From Eledone cirrhosa (lineage: Eukaryota): a stretch of 64,000 bases of DNA. Each line of letters begins with the position of its first letter. Position 1 is the first letter of the stretch. The notes under the pieces are model-generated. The model did no database searches. It was not told the origin of the DNA and was given only the letters and a program-made list of their open reading frames with translations. The stretch lies in contig OZ024740.1 of assembly GCA_964016885.1 (NCBI GenBank), forward strand, positions 52,266,001 through 52,330,000, given 5' to 3'. Position numbers and translations under genes: made by a program. Shown here one piece after another: positions 37,473-50,200 of the stretch.

Positions 37473-37830
37473 ACGCGCAAGACAACCTTGAAGAGAGGAA
37501 AATAAGTTAAAAATACTAATGTCATGCTAGATAATGATAACAGATTAAACACATACAAATACACAGAAATCAATGGAATGGACAGTATACAATACATACA
37601 AATGAAAGAAAAGATTAGAAAAGAATACTATTGACGCATTAAATTACTACTTAACATAAAAATAAGGTAATATGAGTAAATTCTCTGGCTCAGTAGTAAG
37701 CTACAGTTTTAATATTCTGAACTAGACACTAAACGAACTAGCAATGCTAGAGAGAAAATAAAATAAAAATAACTGCAGACTACATCACCTAAAATCAGAT
37801 ATACAAAAATTATACTTACTGCGAATACTA
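37473..37830 (+). mobile_element. Old, highly decayed R4/Dong-like fragment
   Basis: Residual TTLKRGK, TYKY, MKEKIRKEYY, VVSYSFNILN, HHLKSDIQKLYL. Confidence 0.6.
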
Positions 37831-37883
37831 GGAGAAAGAACACTATTATAAAACACCTACAGTATGACCGGGTGAAAAATAAT

Positions 37884-40800
37884 GATTTCATTTATTGGCC
37901 ACAAGGGCCGACATATAGGGGGCAATACAAAAGACTGGGACAGTGGGATTTTACAGAAAAATCGAGTAAACAATATGAATAACAATAACAAAGTAACAAT
38001 AACAAAGTAACAATAAAGTAACCATAAAATTACAACAAGAAAAAATTCCCCAATAGGGGGGATGACCACCTAGGGTTCACTCAGGTACCCCACCAGTCCT
38101 GAACGACCCGACGCTTCGAGAGCACCCTGGAAAGGCACCCCTCTCCTCTTCAAATTTACCTACCTACAGCCGCATGACCAGAGTAGGCCCACTCACACGG
38201 GCGCCATTCTCGCCACATTCACCCACCTTTCAGCAAATGTACTGGGGGGAAGCACTTCTCTCTCCACCCTCACCTTCCTTTCCAAATGAAACTTGAAAAA
38301 GTTGATGAGGGATTGGCCGAAGAGAAAAGTGTCTGTCTTCAGTCCTTTCAACCTCGTCCACCATATAACCTCTTTCGCTGCTGCCACCAGACAGAGGAAA
38401 ATTGCCTGCCCTTCCTGGCCAAAAGAAGGCGGCGGGCCGATCTTCACTATGGACTCGGCCGATAGCCGGATCCGTTCTACACGCGACAACAGCTGTTCAA
38501 CATAACTCCACAAGTCAGTAATGCACGGACATTGGACGAGTACGTGCAGAACGGTTTCGTCGCTCTGCGCGCATCTCGGGCAGGTGCGTCTGACAGCACT
38601 TCCGTGCCTGTAGAATTTATCTCGAACCGGCAGTGCCCCCCCCCCCCGGTAGCACTGCCAAGCGAGGGATTTTTGGAAATTCTCCATCGTCCCTGGCTCG
38701 AAAGTCCTCCGGTACAGACTGGTTAGTTCGACTTCGTTGACTCCCAGAGCCTCTCCGAGTGCGTCGTCGCACTTGCCCACCACTAATCCTCTATGGAACT
38801 CGAGAGTGGAAGTGCCACTGACCGCATTGCCCGCCTGGTAGAGGGCAGTGAGTGCCTGGCAACATTCCAGATGCCAGTCACCCAGTCTCGGTCTCTTCTT
38901 GACCCAGGACTGTAACTCAGTCAAAGAAACGAGCTGCGGAAAGGCCCGTCTGACAAACGGCGACCACACATGTTCACCGTTTAGGCAGAATATCTGGAGA
39001 TGCCGCAGCCTCAGCGCGTGCCTGCGCATCATTAGCCACGGCATGCCCAGCCCTCCACGTAGAGGGTGCTGGCAGCAGATGGACCGCCTCACCAGCGGAA
39101 CCTGACCCTCCACAAGAATTTGAAGAGGAGCCGCTCCAAGATGGCGAGGCGCGAACGGGGGCAAGGGACGACAGTCAGACGGTAGTAGATGACGGACGCG
39201 ATGTACGCGTTCGCCACATCCGCCCGACCTTTCAGTGATAGCTTCATCCCAGCCCATTTCTGGGTGAGACTGACTACCCTGCCCGTCACCTCGTCCCAAT
39301 TCTTATCCACTTGGAGGTCTGGCCCGAACCAAACCCCTAGCAACTTTACCGGTCCGTCCGTCCAGCGCCTAACGACGCTGTTGGACAGCATGGACTTGCC
39401 TCTCCAGGTGCCGAGTTGCCAGCCCACTGACTTTTCCGGGTTAAGTTTTGCTCCCGTCAACCTTTGATATTCTTCCAATAAGTTGCCGACCACCTCGATT
39501 TCTGAGGTGTCCGACACCATCACGGTGATGTCGTCCGCATAAGCCGACACAGCCTTTCTGCGTCCCGGTTCGGGCGGGATGCCCTGCAACAGCTCCAGCT
39601 TCCGCAGTAAAGGCTCGAAAGTCAATACGTACAGAAGGGAGGAGATGGCACCCTTGATGGACCGATCGGGAGACCTGAAACGGTTCCGAAAGGTAGCCAT
39701 TAATTTTGACCATCGAGCAGGTGGCGCTGTGCATTGCAGCGATCCAGCTTCTGAAGACGGGGCCGAAGCCAGCCGCCTTGAGGACAGCCTCCAGGTACCG
39801 ATGGTCGACTCTATCGAATGCTTTCGATTGATCTAAATTGATCAGAGCCCCACCGAAGCCAGGTTTACACCCTACCCTCTCTATGATGTATCGCATTAGG
39901 TGGAGGTTGTCGTGTATGGACCTGGTTGGGATTGCGCAAGTTTGCACCTCCCCAACCAAATCCCCGACGACAAGCGCCAACCTCTTCGCTAACACCCTGG
40001 CCAAAATCTTAAACTCTGTGTTGAGCAGAGTTATGGGCCTGAAATTGTCTAATGTGTCCCTCTTGTTCTCGTATTTCCTTATCAGCGTCACTACGCCCGG
40101 CTCACAGAACTGGGAATACTCACGTTTTGCTGCCAGTTGCAGTAGAGGGCTTCGAGGAGATTGGAGAACAAGTCTGGCATATTTACGTAAAGCTCGTAGA
40201 GCAGACCATCCAAACCGGGTGACTTGCGCCTCATGCAGCCGACAAGGGCATCCTGAATCTCGGCTGAAGTAATTGGCCTTTCGCAGCGCCCAGCGTCATC
40301 CGTCAAGAGTTGCGGCAAGCCATCGAGGTAGGGACTGCAGTCCGCCACCATCTCTGACCCGCCACTTCCCCCGAACAACCATAAAAAATGTTGGCGAAAG
40401 GCCTCACACATCCTGTTGGAATCGCTCAGCTCGTGCCCGTCTCGGTCCGTCAAAGGCCGAATCGTGGTTTTAATTCCACGCTGCGCCTCTGCCACGCGGG
40501 CCCATCGAACAGCTTTGGTTCCCTCGTTTCTCAGAGCACGCGCCTTAGCTCTGACAATGCAACCTTCGTGTTTCGCATTGAAGAAATGGTCTAATGCCAT
40601 TCTCGCCGCTAGCACATCAGTTGCAATGCCACTGCCAATAGCCTCGTCTAACTTATCTACCAACTCCCCCTCCTTTCTATTTTTCTCTAACGCTACTTCT
40701 TTGCTAAACTCTATCGACATTACTCTAATCTCTCTTTTGAGAGCCCCCCACCATCCATTGTTGACGACTCCCCCTGTCAACTTTTGCTTAACTAAATTGT

Positions 40801-43774
40801 TGACCTGGTCCCTGTAAGCCTTACGTGCCGGAAATGACATGTTTAGCTTCCAGTAACCAGGTCCTAACCTACGCGTCTTATCTAGGTCGACCATACAGAT
40901 CACAAACTTGTGATCTGAATAGGCGACCGTTTCAAAACGTGGACAGCTTACACTATTTCTGTCTTTTTCCTAATGAATATCCTGTCTATATACAATCTAG
41001 ATGACCCTATGCGGTTAGCCCAGGTCCACACTTGCGCTTTAGGGAAATCTAGTCGGTACCTGTCAGACAGTTGGAACTGGCTGATCAGGTTCTTGAGGCT
41101 TTTGCACCCCCCGCTCCTATCGGATACTCCCACACAGTCCCAGCGTGCGTCTAAGATGCCGTTACAGTCCCCCGCTAACAGTAAAGGGCGAGACGTGCCC
41201 AGAAAGGCTTCCAGGCGTCTAAAGAAGTCCGGCCGTCTTGCCCCAGTAGGAGCATAGACGGCCACCAGTCTAAAGGCACCACCTTCATTATTGTTCACGT
41301 CCACGACCACCAACTTCCCGCCCGGGTCCCGGAAGATCGACCTTACCTCGAGATCCAGGCCTTTCCTAAACAGCACTGCCACCCCGCCTCCCATTCCCGG
41401 CCGGCTAACAGATGCAAAGATCTGATAGTCGTCGAAAATGGGGGCTAGTGCGCGCGTGTCGGAAATCCTGGTCTCGCTGACTGCAATTACATCCATTTCT
41501 ATAGACCTGAGGTCGTTGAGCAGGTGACCCTGCTTCCAGGACGATCCCAGGCCTCGAACATTTAAACATCCTACTCTTAATACGGCCATGTTGGCAGGTT
41601 AAAAAGAGAGAGGGGAAGGTTTACTTACCTTCCGGGCTCTTGTGAAGGTTGGGTTGTTCGACCTCCATAGTTAGTGGGATTTCTTTTGGGAACCCCTTTA
41701 AAAGTCTTGAAGTGGGTTTTACGTTCGGAGTTCCCACGTCTCGTATTTCTTTAAATATGTCGAGCGACATTCGCACCAGAACCAAATCTTCCGGCACGCG
41801 AAATGTGCTCGATTTAAAAATTTCCCCCTCTTTTTGTATATTTTCACTTCGTGCTACGAGGGCCATCAGTTCCTTGTTGGCCCTCCTGACGAGCACGAAG
41901 TTTTGTATGTTTTGTTGGTGTAATTTTATTTGTTTGCGTGGCTGTGGTGGTGATGGTTTTGGTGGTGTTGTTTCGGTTGTATCTGTGTTTGTTGTGAGTG
42001 CGGTGTCTGTGGTTTCAGATGTTTGTGTGTATATTTGTTCTTGCGTCTGTTTAGGTTTTTGCGTTTGGAGGATTCTGGTGATGGTGATGGTGGTGTTGAT
42101 GTTGGTGTTATTGGAGAGATGTTTGCGTGGGTCGTGTCTGCGTTTTTTATTGTGGGTGCTTTTGTGCTTTGTTGAGTTTTTTTTTCTTTTTGTGTTTCCT
42201 TTTTTGTATTTTGGGGGATTTTGGATTTCCCTCATTTTAACTACTGGTAGATGAGGGGTCTGTGTCTGTAAGTGTGTCTGTATGTATGTTTATGGTTTTA
42301 TTGGTGTGTGTATTTTGGGGGGGAGGGGGAATTTGACAGCTTTCCTCGTTTCCCCCCTGGGTGGTCAATGTTGGTGGTGATCTTTCTATTGGTGTTGTTG
42401 TTGGTGGTTTTGCCGGTGCTGGTGTTGGTTGTGGTCATCGCCCCGGCGTCGGCAGCAGTGGAGCTTTTCGACCCCTTGCCTCTTTCAGCAGTTGAGGGCA
42501 GAAGGCTAGCAAATGGGTTTTTTCCCCACAAACAAAACACTGCGGCCTTTTGCCTTCGGTCATAATGTGAATGACCGTCCCATTCTGAAGGCGGATGTGG
42601 TCCGGGATTGTCTTCACATTCTCGGGCCTGATCTGGAGAAGGATCTCCAGGTCAACCCCGGACCAGACTTCTCTGGCCGTTCTGGTCACTTCTATAGGGA
42701 CTGTATCCGTCCCCTCCACAATCACACATCCCAGAAGCCACCACATGTCAAGTCCTGGTGGGATTCTGGGAATCTTTTTCCCATGAGGGAGGGGTACATT
42801 ATGACCTTGCTGGTTTTGCAAGGAGTCATAGCGTGTTTCATAGCGAGGGCTTCTGACTTGAACAACACCGAAATGGTGCCGTACTGTCTGCCCCTCTCTA
42901 TGTACTGGGTGTCTTCTCTGATGCACCTCAGCGCGACTTCGACATCTTCTTGTGGGATTAAAGCTGCCCTTTTGGTTTGTGCTGAGATGCATCTATAATG
43001 CACCTTTCTGTGCTCCACTGCCTCAATAGCTTCTACCGGGACAGTTAAGTTGGCCAGGGTTTGCTCTTGCTTGATGAGCTTCCATGCCTGGACCAACTTT
43101 TCATCTTTGTTTGAGAGGTCCATGTTGAAGCATGGTCTCTTTTTTGCTGCTGCCGCAACAAAAGTGTTCTTCTTGTTTTCGTTGGGGGTTTTGTTGTCGT
43201 TGTTCTTGTTGGTGTTGTTGTTAGCACTGTCGTTGTTATCATTGTTGTCTTTGTTGCCACCGTTGTTCTCGGTGCAGTTGGTATTGTTGCTGTTGGTGTT
43301 GTCGCTATTTGTTTTCATGTTAGTGGTGTTGATATTGTTGTTGTATTTGTTATTTTTTTTTTTTGTTATCTGTATTTTCGTTGTCGTTGTTACTGTCATT
43401 TTTTTCAAAATTAGAGTTCTCATTGGTATCCTTGGTATCTTTGTTTACCTTGTTTGTGGTGGTGTTTGTGTTATCAATTTGTGTTAATTTCGCTGTAGCG
43501 CTCCTCTCAACTTCTACCTCGTTGTCGCACGACGGCAGACATATCACTGGGGGGGCGTGGCTCAGCCATGTTTTTTTTTCTTCGTAAATTTTTTAACATG
43601 TAAAAAAAGTTCAAATATTTGGGCCAAAAGGCCCAAATATTATACTTTCCCCTTCACGGGGCAAAGTCTAAGGGCTTATATCCCTTATACAACAAGAAAT
43701 ATTTAACAACAAATAATTTTAACAGGCAAATAAAGCGACTTACTGTGAGCGAGCAAAATACGTCCGCTTAGACC
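37884..43774 (-). mobile_element. Tx1/L1-like retrotransposon copy B, full-length but decayed
   Basis: ORF1 with CFVCGEKTHLLAFC; ORF2 from 41589 (CLNVRGL, ETR, GDCN, YIDR), RT (DQSKAFDRV, AYADDIT), C-terminal CPRC-x8-H-x4-C; AAT flanks. Confidence 0.9.
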
Positions 43775-44409
43775 AATAATAATAATAATAATAATAACAA
43801 CAAGAACAACTACAACAACAACAACTACAGCAATGCAGACGAGGACGATGAGTATGGTGATAATGATGATGATGATTCTTTAAAAACTGGATGTATAGTA
43901 AATACTTAAATGTTGTTTAAGCTTTTGAGAAAGACCTACGATCAAAGATATTCCAGCCATGGTCACCCCATCTTTACATGAGCATCTGGTGCCCTTCCTA
44001 TTTTTCAATATTTAGGGATGTGCTATGAAAGAGATTTTAGTGCTGTTTTATTTGTTTGACCTTAGATGTTATAATCGGGATGTTTGTCTTATAAATAGTG
44101 CCAATGACATCAACACAAATACAGTCAACGTTCCAACCAGCAGTAACATCACCATCACAACAATATCAGCATCATCATTACCATCATCAACACCATCATC
44201 AACAACAATAACAACAATAATAATGACAATGATCTCGAACAGGGATAGAATATCTGAATGTACGTCAGTAGTGGTAAGTGAATACATGAAAATATCTATT
44301 GATAAAGAAACTTGATATTATAATGAAAACTGAACCATTTTGCTGGTCATTTCTTTGTTAGATTACCAATTCCAAGTCTAGTGGAAGACAAACACGTAAT
44401 TTCTATAAC

Positions 44410-44718
44410 AAAGTAGGAAGAAATGGACCTCCATCGGCTACGACGATGAGAGTGTTCGATCAACAGAAAAGTAGCTGAGCATTCCACAGACACATGATCC
44501 CTTACCTTAATTTTCAGGGAGATTAGTCGGACACCATGCGTGACAAGGCCGATCCTTTAAATTACAGGTACATCACATCGGATGGGTTTCCAAACATTTT
44601 CTATCTTCCCAATTTTATTCGACTGGCGGCCATGGTTAGTGACACTTGCCAATTCTCTACGAAGGGGGATCAAAACTGGGACGTAATGTTTACGAATTCC
44701 TTAACCATTCAGCTACTT
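44410..44718 (-). mobile_element. Old tRNA-headed SINE-like remnant
   Basis: Minus strand begins tagctgaatggttaagg (A-box-like) with a degenerate B box. Confidence 0.35.
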
Positions 44719-44734
44719 TAACACACTCACCTTT

Positions 44735-45556
44735 ATTGGCAGTAACGGTAGCGCGTCGGACAACATGCTTTACGGCATAGAGTTACGGCCCTTTGAGTTC
44801 TGAGTTCAAATCCCGCCAAGGTTAGCTTTGCCTTTCATCCTTACAAGGTCGATGAAATAAGCACCAGTAATGCTAATCTCTAACTCACAATCTACAACCA
44901 GAAAATTGCTCAAATGACGGAGTTTGTATATCTCGGCCACAAACTATCATCAAACAAAAATGGAATGGTTGCTGCGCAATATCGAATGGCTCTAGGTTGG
45001 GCAGCTTTCAACAAGAACAAGGAAGTACTAACAACAAAATGAGTTTCCTATCACTTGAAGGCTAAGATCTTTGATACATCCTACCAGTTGTATTATATGG
45101 TCTTGACTGTGTTAATTCGACGATAAGGTCACTTAAGAAGCTCTCTAGAACCACATCGTGAGACTTATGACTGCCAAGCGGCTCAGCGACCATATCTGTA
45201 TCGGTGAGCTGTTCAACATTACCAAACTTAGGCCAATTGTCAAGTCAAGAGTACTCAAACTATACGGCCATATAAAAAGATCATCTCGTGGTGTGAGTAG
45301 CTTATGCCTGGTAAGAGAAGCAGAGGGCGGCAGCTAAAACGATGACTTGATAATGTCAACTTATGGACTGGACTTGATCTTTACTCTTTTAACTCTGCTG
45401 CTGGTGATCGAACTTTGTGGAGAGAGATATCTCATGTTGATGTGCAGTCTGCAACTGACGGAGTTTAGCGTCACTAGAATGGACTAGGGTTGATTTAATC
45501 GCATTTCCTCTACCCCTAAAATTGTTGGCCTTTTACCTAAATCAGAAATCAATATT
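44735..45556 (+). mobile_element. tRNA-SINE (44735-44873 and 45477-45556) interrupted by an RTE-like fragment
   Basis: A/B boxes and central domain; the 3' part (aattgttggcctt...agaaatcaatatt) resumes after the insert. Confidence 0.65.
44874..45476 (+). mobile_element. RTE-clade LINE, decayed 3' fragment
   Basis: EFVYLG, ILPVVLYG, LYGHIKR, GKRSRGR, DRTLWR motifs across frameshifts. Confidence 0.7.
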
Positions 45557-45944
45557 TCATACCCTGAATATTGTCAATGACAACAAAAATATAGATGCGG
45601 TAAAGAAATATATGATATGAACAAATCATTATATTTTCATTTTCAAACAACTCTGGATATGCCCGTCAGAGAAACAGTGTTTCATTGACCACGTGGAAAT
45701 TACTAGTTACTACCAGACCATATGGAAATTCCATGATTTAATTAGAAACATCCAGCAAGTATTAAAGATCAATATGGCATTATAAATGTTATATATATAT
45801 GATGAAGGGTAATCACCCAGAAACATTGGTGTCTGCAGTTCTGTTTACATGCCAACACAAGAGCAAGAACGACGGTGCCATTCTACTGACATGGCTTAAA
45901 GAGGCTGTTTGCATGATTGCAAACGAATCAAATATTATTATTTT

Positions 45945-46069
45945 ACGATCTGAGTTCAAATCCCGCCGAGGTTGACTTTGCCTTTCATCCTTACGGGGTC
46001 GATAAAATAAAGTACCAGTAATGCACTGGGTAATTGCTGGCCTTGTGCCTAATGTAGAAACAATTATTA
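45945..46069 (+). mobile_element. tRNA-derived SINE, 5'-truncated
   Basis: B box through the agaaacaattatt tail. Confidence 0.85.
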
Positions 46070-46088
46070 ATATTCGAAAAACTCAGAT

Positions 46089-46140
<52 letters not shown>

Positions 46141-46150
<10 letters not shown>

Positions 46151-46809
46151 GGGAAGTGGGTTCTATGCAAAACAGTGGATTTCAATACAAAACAGTGAAT
46201 TTCTCTTACACTCCTGCTGTTGCCATAGAATTTGTCTCTGGCTTACAATTCCCCATCCCCATTTTGAACTTTTGACCAGTCAATTAACACAATCAGATAT
46301 ACACACATATTTATATGATGTATCCTTTGCCCCCCCCCCCCCCCCCCAAAAAAAAAAAACAACTTTGTTCTGTGAAGAAACATAGCTGCTGATATCTTCA
46401 CTGCCACCTCTATATTAACAAGAACTCATTTTCCAGCTAAATTTTGAGTAAGAAAGATGGGCAAAACATTTATTCCAGCATTTGATTTTAATTTTAAATC
46501 TTTAATTTTTAGTTTTTAACTCCTATTAATTCTTTTTAATTTCTTATTTCAATACTCAACATTTGATAAGATGAATTTTAATAATACATCGAAACCGGCA
46601 ATGCTTTATATACTTTATATACATTATAACATTTTTTTAAAAAGAATTGTCGCCCTCATTTTTTTAATAATGTCATCTTTTCAATAATGTCACTTTGAAG
46701 AATCAAAGAAAGGATAAAAAAGAAAAACAGACCCTTAAATATATTTTCCGTGCTATTTCCAACTTCACCTTTTCTCTATATCCACTGTTTTGTATAGAAC
46801 CCACTTCCC

Positions 46810-46819
<10 letters not shown>
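46141..46819 (+). mobile_element. Element with 40 bp inverted ends in (TA)n; probable Penelope pLTR remnant (or MITE)
   Basis: IR tattagaaaagggaagtgggttctatgcaaaacagtggat; internal decayed hammerhead cat-TTGATAA-gatg...catc-GAAA-CCGG-ca-atg near 46560-46603. Confidence 0.55.
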
Positions 46820-46886
<67 letters not shown>

Positions 46887-47019
46887 TCTAACATTACTAC
46901 AACAGAGATCCAACCAGCTTTTCATTCCAGAGTTGGGCCAGATCGAACCTTGAGCTGATCAATAGCGAAACGCGCGTCACCAATCAATAAACGTAATGAA
47001 GATTTAACATTTCGTCCTT

Positions 47020-47204
47020 TAGTATCGGTAGAGGGTCGGACACCATAATTTGACGCATAGAGTTACGGCCCTTGCCATTCTGAGTTCAAATCCTGCCGAG
47101 GTTAACTTTGCCTTTCATCCTTATGGGATCGATAAAATAAAGTACCAGTAATGCACTAGGTAATTGCTGGCCTTGTACCAAAAGTAGAAACAATTATTAT
47201 TATT
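47020..47204 (+). mobile_element. tRNA-derived SINE with (ATT)n tail
   Basis: Same family; the tail directly abuts Tx1 copy C. Confidence 0.85.
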
Positions 47205-50200
47205 AGTCTAATCGGACGTCTTTTGCTCGCTCCCAGTAAGTCGCTTTATTTGCCTGTTAAAATTATTAGTTGTTAAATATTTCTTGTTGTGTAAGGGATA
47301 TAAGCCCTTAGACTTTGCCCTGTGAAGGGGAAAGTAAAATATTTGGGCCTTTTGGCCAAAATATTTGAACATTTTACTTTAAAAAAAAAAATTGTTTATA
47401 AAAACAAAACATGGCTGAGCCACGCCCCAGCAATATGTCTGCTGTCGTCTGACAACGGCCTAAAAGTTGAGAGGAGGGTTACAAACATTATTACAACAGA
47501 CACCACCACAAACAACGTGAACAAAGACAACACTGAGAAACTAATTTCGAAAAAATGACCACACCAACTACAACAATAACAGCGTCAACCAATATACAGA
47601 CAACAGAAAAAAATGACAACAAATGCAACAACAATATTAACACCACTAACAAGAAAATAAACAACGACAAAACCAACAGCAACAATACAAATTGCACCGA
47701 AAACAACAACAACAGTGGCACCAAAAACACAACCAACTACAACAGTGATAACAGCAACAACACCAACAACACCAACAAGACCAGTAGCGGCAGCAATAAT
47801 GGTGCCGCTGAAAAAGGGGCCACTTCTTTCGCAGGTGTGGCCCGAAATATAGAAACAGTGCTAGTCACTGAGGAGGAGATGGCAGTCGAAGAGCCATGGT
47901 ATCGAGAAACGACAACAGAGTTTCCCTGAAACCTCCACCTCTTCAAAGACCAGTAACTACGTACGGTGACTTACCGCACCGTAAGCAAAATGTCGCATCG
48001 GGTGGAGAGAGCCACGGAAGCTCAAATCCAAAAGGCCTTGGCTGTGTCTGGGCACGCAAAACCCACATCACCCGAGGCAAAAAGTACGGCACAGTAGACG
48101 TACTTTTCGCCACCAACCAAGAGGCGAAGTCTCACTCTTTGGAAACCCTAAAGAGTGAGGAGATAGTCTTGGTGCCCTCCTACTGCGGGCAGAAAATTGT
48201 GAGGGTCAAAGTGACCCAGGTCCCTCCCGATGTGCCCATACCTTGGCTGGCTGCGTCTGTACTGACTGGAATCGAGAAGAAGAGCACCATACTACAAATA
48301 CAGAGAATGGAAAGAGAGAACTGGTCAGGAATAGGCATGCAAATGCTAATACAGACTGACCAGGAGTGCATCGAGGCCATCCCAGACCTCATAGACCTCG
48401 AAGAAGGACTCCATCTCCCTATAAGGGTGGAAGGAAGGCGCCCAAAGTGTTATCTCGGTGGGCAGAAGGGTCACCTCAGGGCCATCTGCCCGCAGAAGAC
48501 ATCCAAGAAAGGGCACCCTCTATCCGATGCCTGATCCGCTGCTACCAAGAGCAGGGCAGGCAACAGAGGCAGAAGACCCTTCCATGGTGAGTATGATGGC
48601 AACGTCCGTGGCACCCATACCAAGGCCACGGACAACTAAAGCAGCGGCAGCAGTGGCGGAAACACCAACAGTCGCAGTAGTTACGCCGGCGGTAAAATCG
48701 CCGGAGCGGGCTCCACTACCACCACCACCACCAACAGCAGTGGAGCTCGTGCCCCTCCCGGACGCCGCGGGGTCCGACATGGAGTGTGAGGCGGGAGGGA
48801 AGTGGCAAACGGTCTTCCACAAAAAACAAAAAACAAAAAACAAAAAACAAAAAAACCCTTAGCTTCACCATCCAAAAGCAAAGGTAGACAAAGAGGGATA
48901 AAGGCTGCAAGGAGACTTGCAGCAACACCATCACTATCACCACCACAACCATCACCACCAACAACAACCACACCAGCACCAGCATCATCAAAAACACCAA
49001 CATCGTAAACACAACAAAACACACACACCCAACAGCAACAACAAGAAAACAGCAACAAAATCGCCCCTCCCACCAAAAAGTACACAGCCATAAACATGGC
49101 AAATAAAGAACTCCTACAATACATAAAGCAGCACACAGACATCATAAAAAAAAACTACTACACCCCACCAACACCAAGAACTCTCCCGACAAATATAAAC
49201 ATCATTGAAATCTCAATAGAACATTACAAACTTTTAAAGCAAAAATTCCCCAACGCAGTTGGAGACTTCAGAGGGTCGGTTACCAAGGGGATATACACCG
49301 ACATCCTCTTGGAAACACCCATGACCAGCCAAAGGGACGGTTGTACTGTCCCTTCACCACAGGATCAAGGTAAGTGATCCTTTCTCACTTACCCCGTTTC
49401 TCATCCAATATGGCCGTACTTAGAATAGGCAGTATAAATGTACGTGGCCTGGGGTCATCTTGGAAGAAGGGTCACCTGCTGAACGACCTCAGGTCACTAA
49501 ACATAGATGTGGTGGCCATCAGCGAGACCAGAATCTCTGAAGCACGAGCCTTCGCACCGATCTTCGGCGGCTACGATGTATACGCATCTCCCAGCCGTCC
49601 AGGTTCGAGGGAGGGGTGCTTTTTCGGAGAGGCCTGGATCTCGCCATACCCATCTTCCTGGACCCAGAAGGTAAGTCGGTGGTGCTGGACGTGACCGGCA
49701 GCGAAGGCAATGCTTTCAGGCTAGTAGCCGTCTGCGCCCCAACCGGGGCAGGACGGCCAGATTTCTTCAAACGTCTAGAGACCTTTCTTGGAACATCCCG
49801 CTCTTTAGTGTTAATGGGTGACTGGAACGGTATCTTACATGCACGCTGGGATTATGTGGGGCTAGTAGACATGGAAGGAGGGTGTAAAAGCCTCAACAAC
49901 CTGCTCAGACGTTTTGAACTGTCTGAGAGTTATAGACTGGATTATCCGAATGTGCTAATGTGGACATGGGCAAACCGCATCGGGTCATCCAGATCGTATT
50001 TAGGTAGGGTATTCTGTAGGGAAACAGATAAGGCTAGTGTAGGTTGTCCACAATTTAATGTAGTCAACTACAGGGACCACAAATTTGTGATCTGTGAAGT
50101 TGACTTAGATAGACTCCATAGGCAAGGGCCTGGCTACTGGAAGCTGAACGCGTCGTTCCCAGCGCGCAAAGCTTACAGAGACTGGATTAGCGAATTAGTT

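Noticed and set aside
41649-43587. Hydrophobic V/L-rich ORFs resembling membrane proteins
   Set aside because: They are antisense translations of AAC/ACC-rich Tx1 ORF1 sequence.
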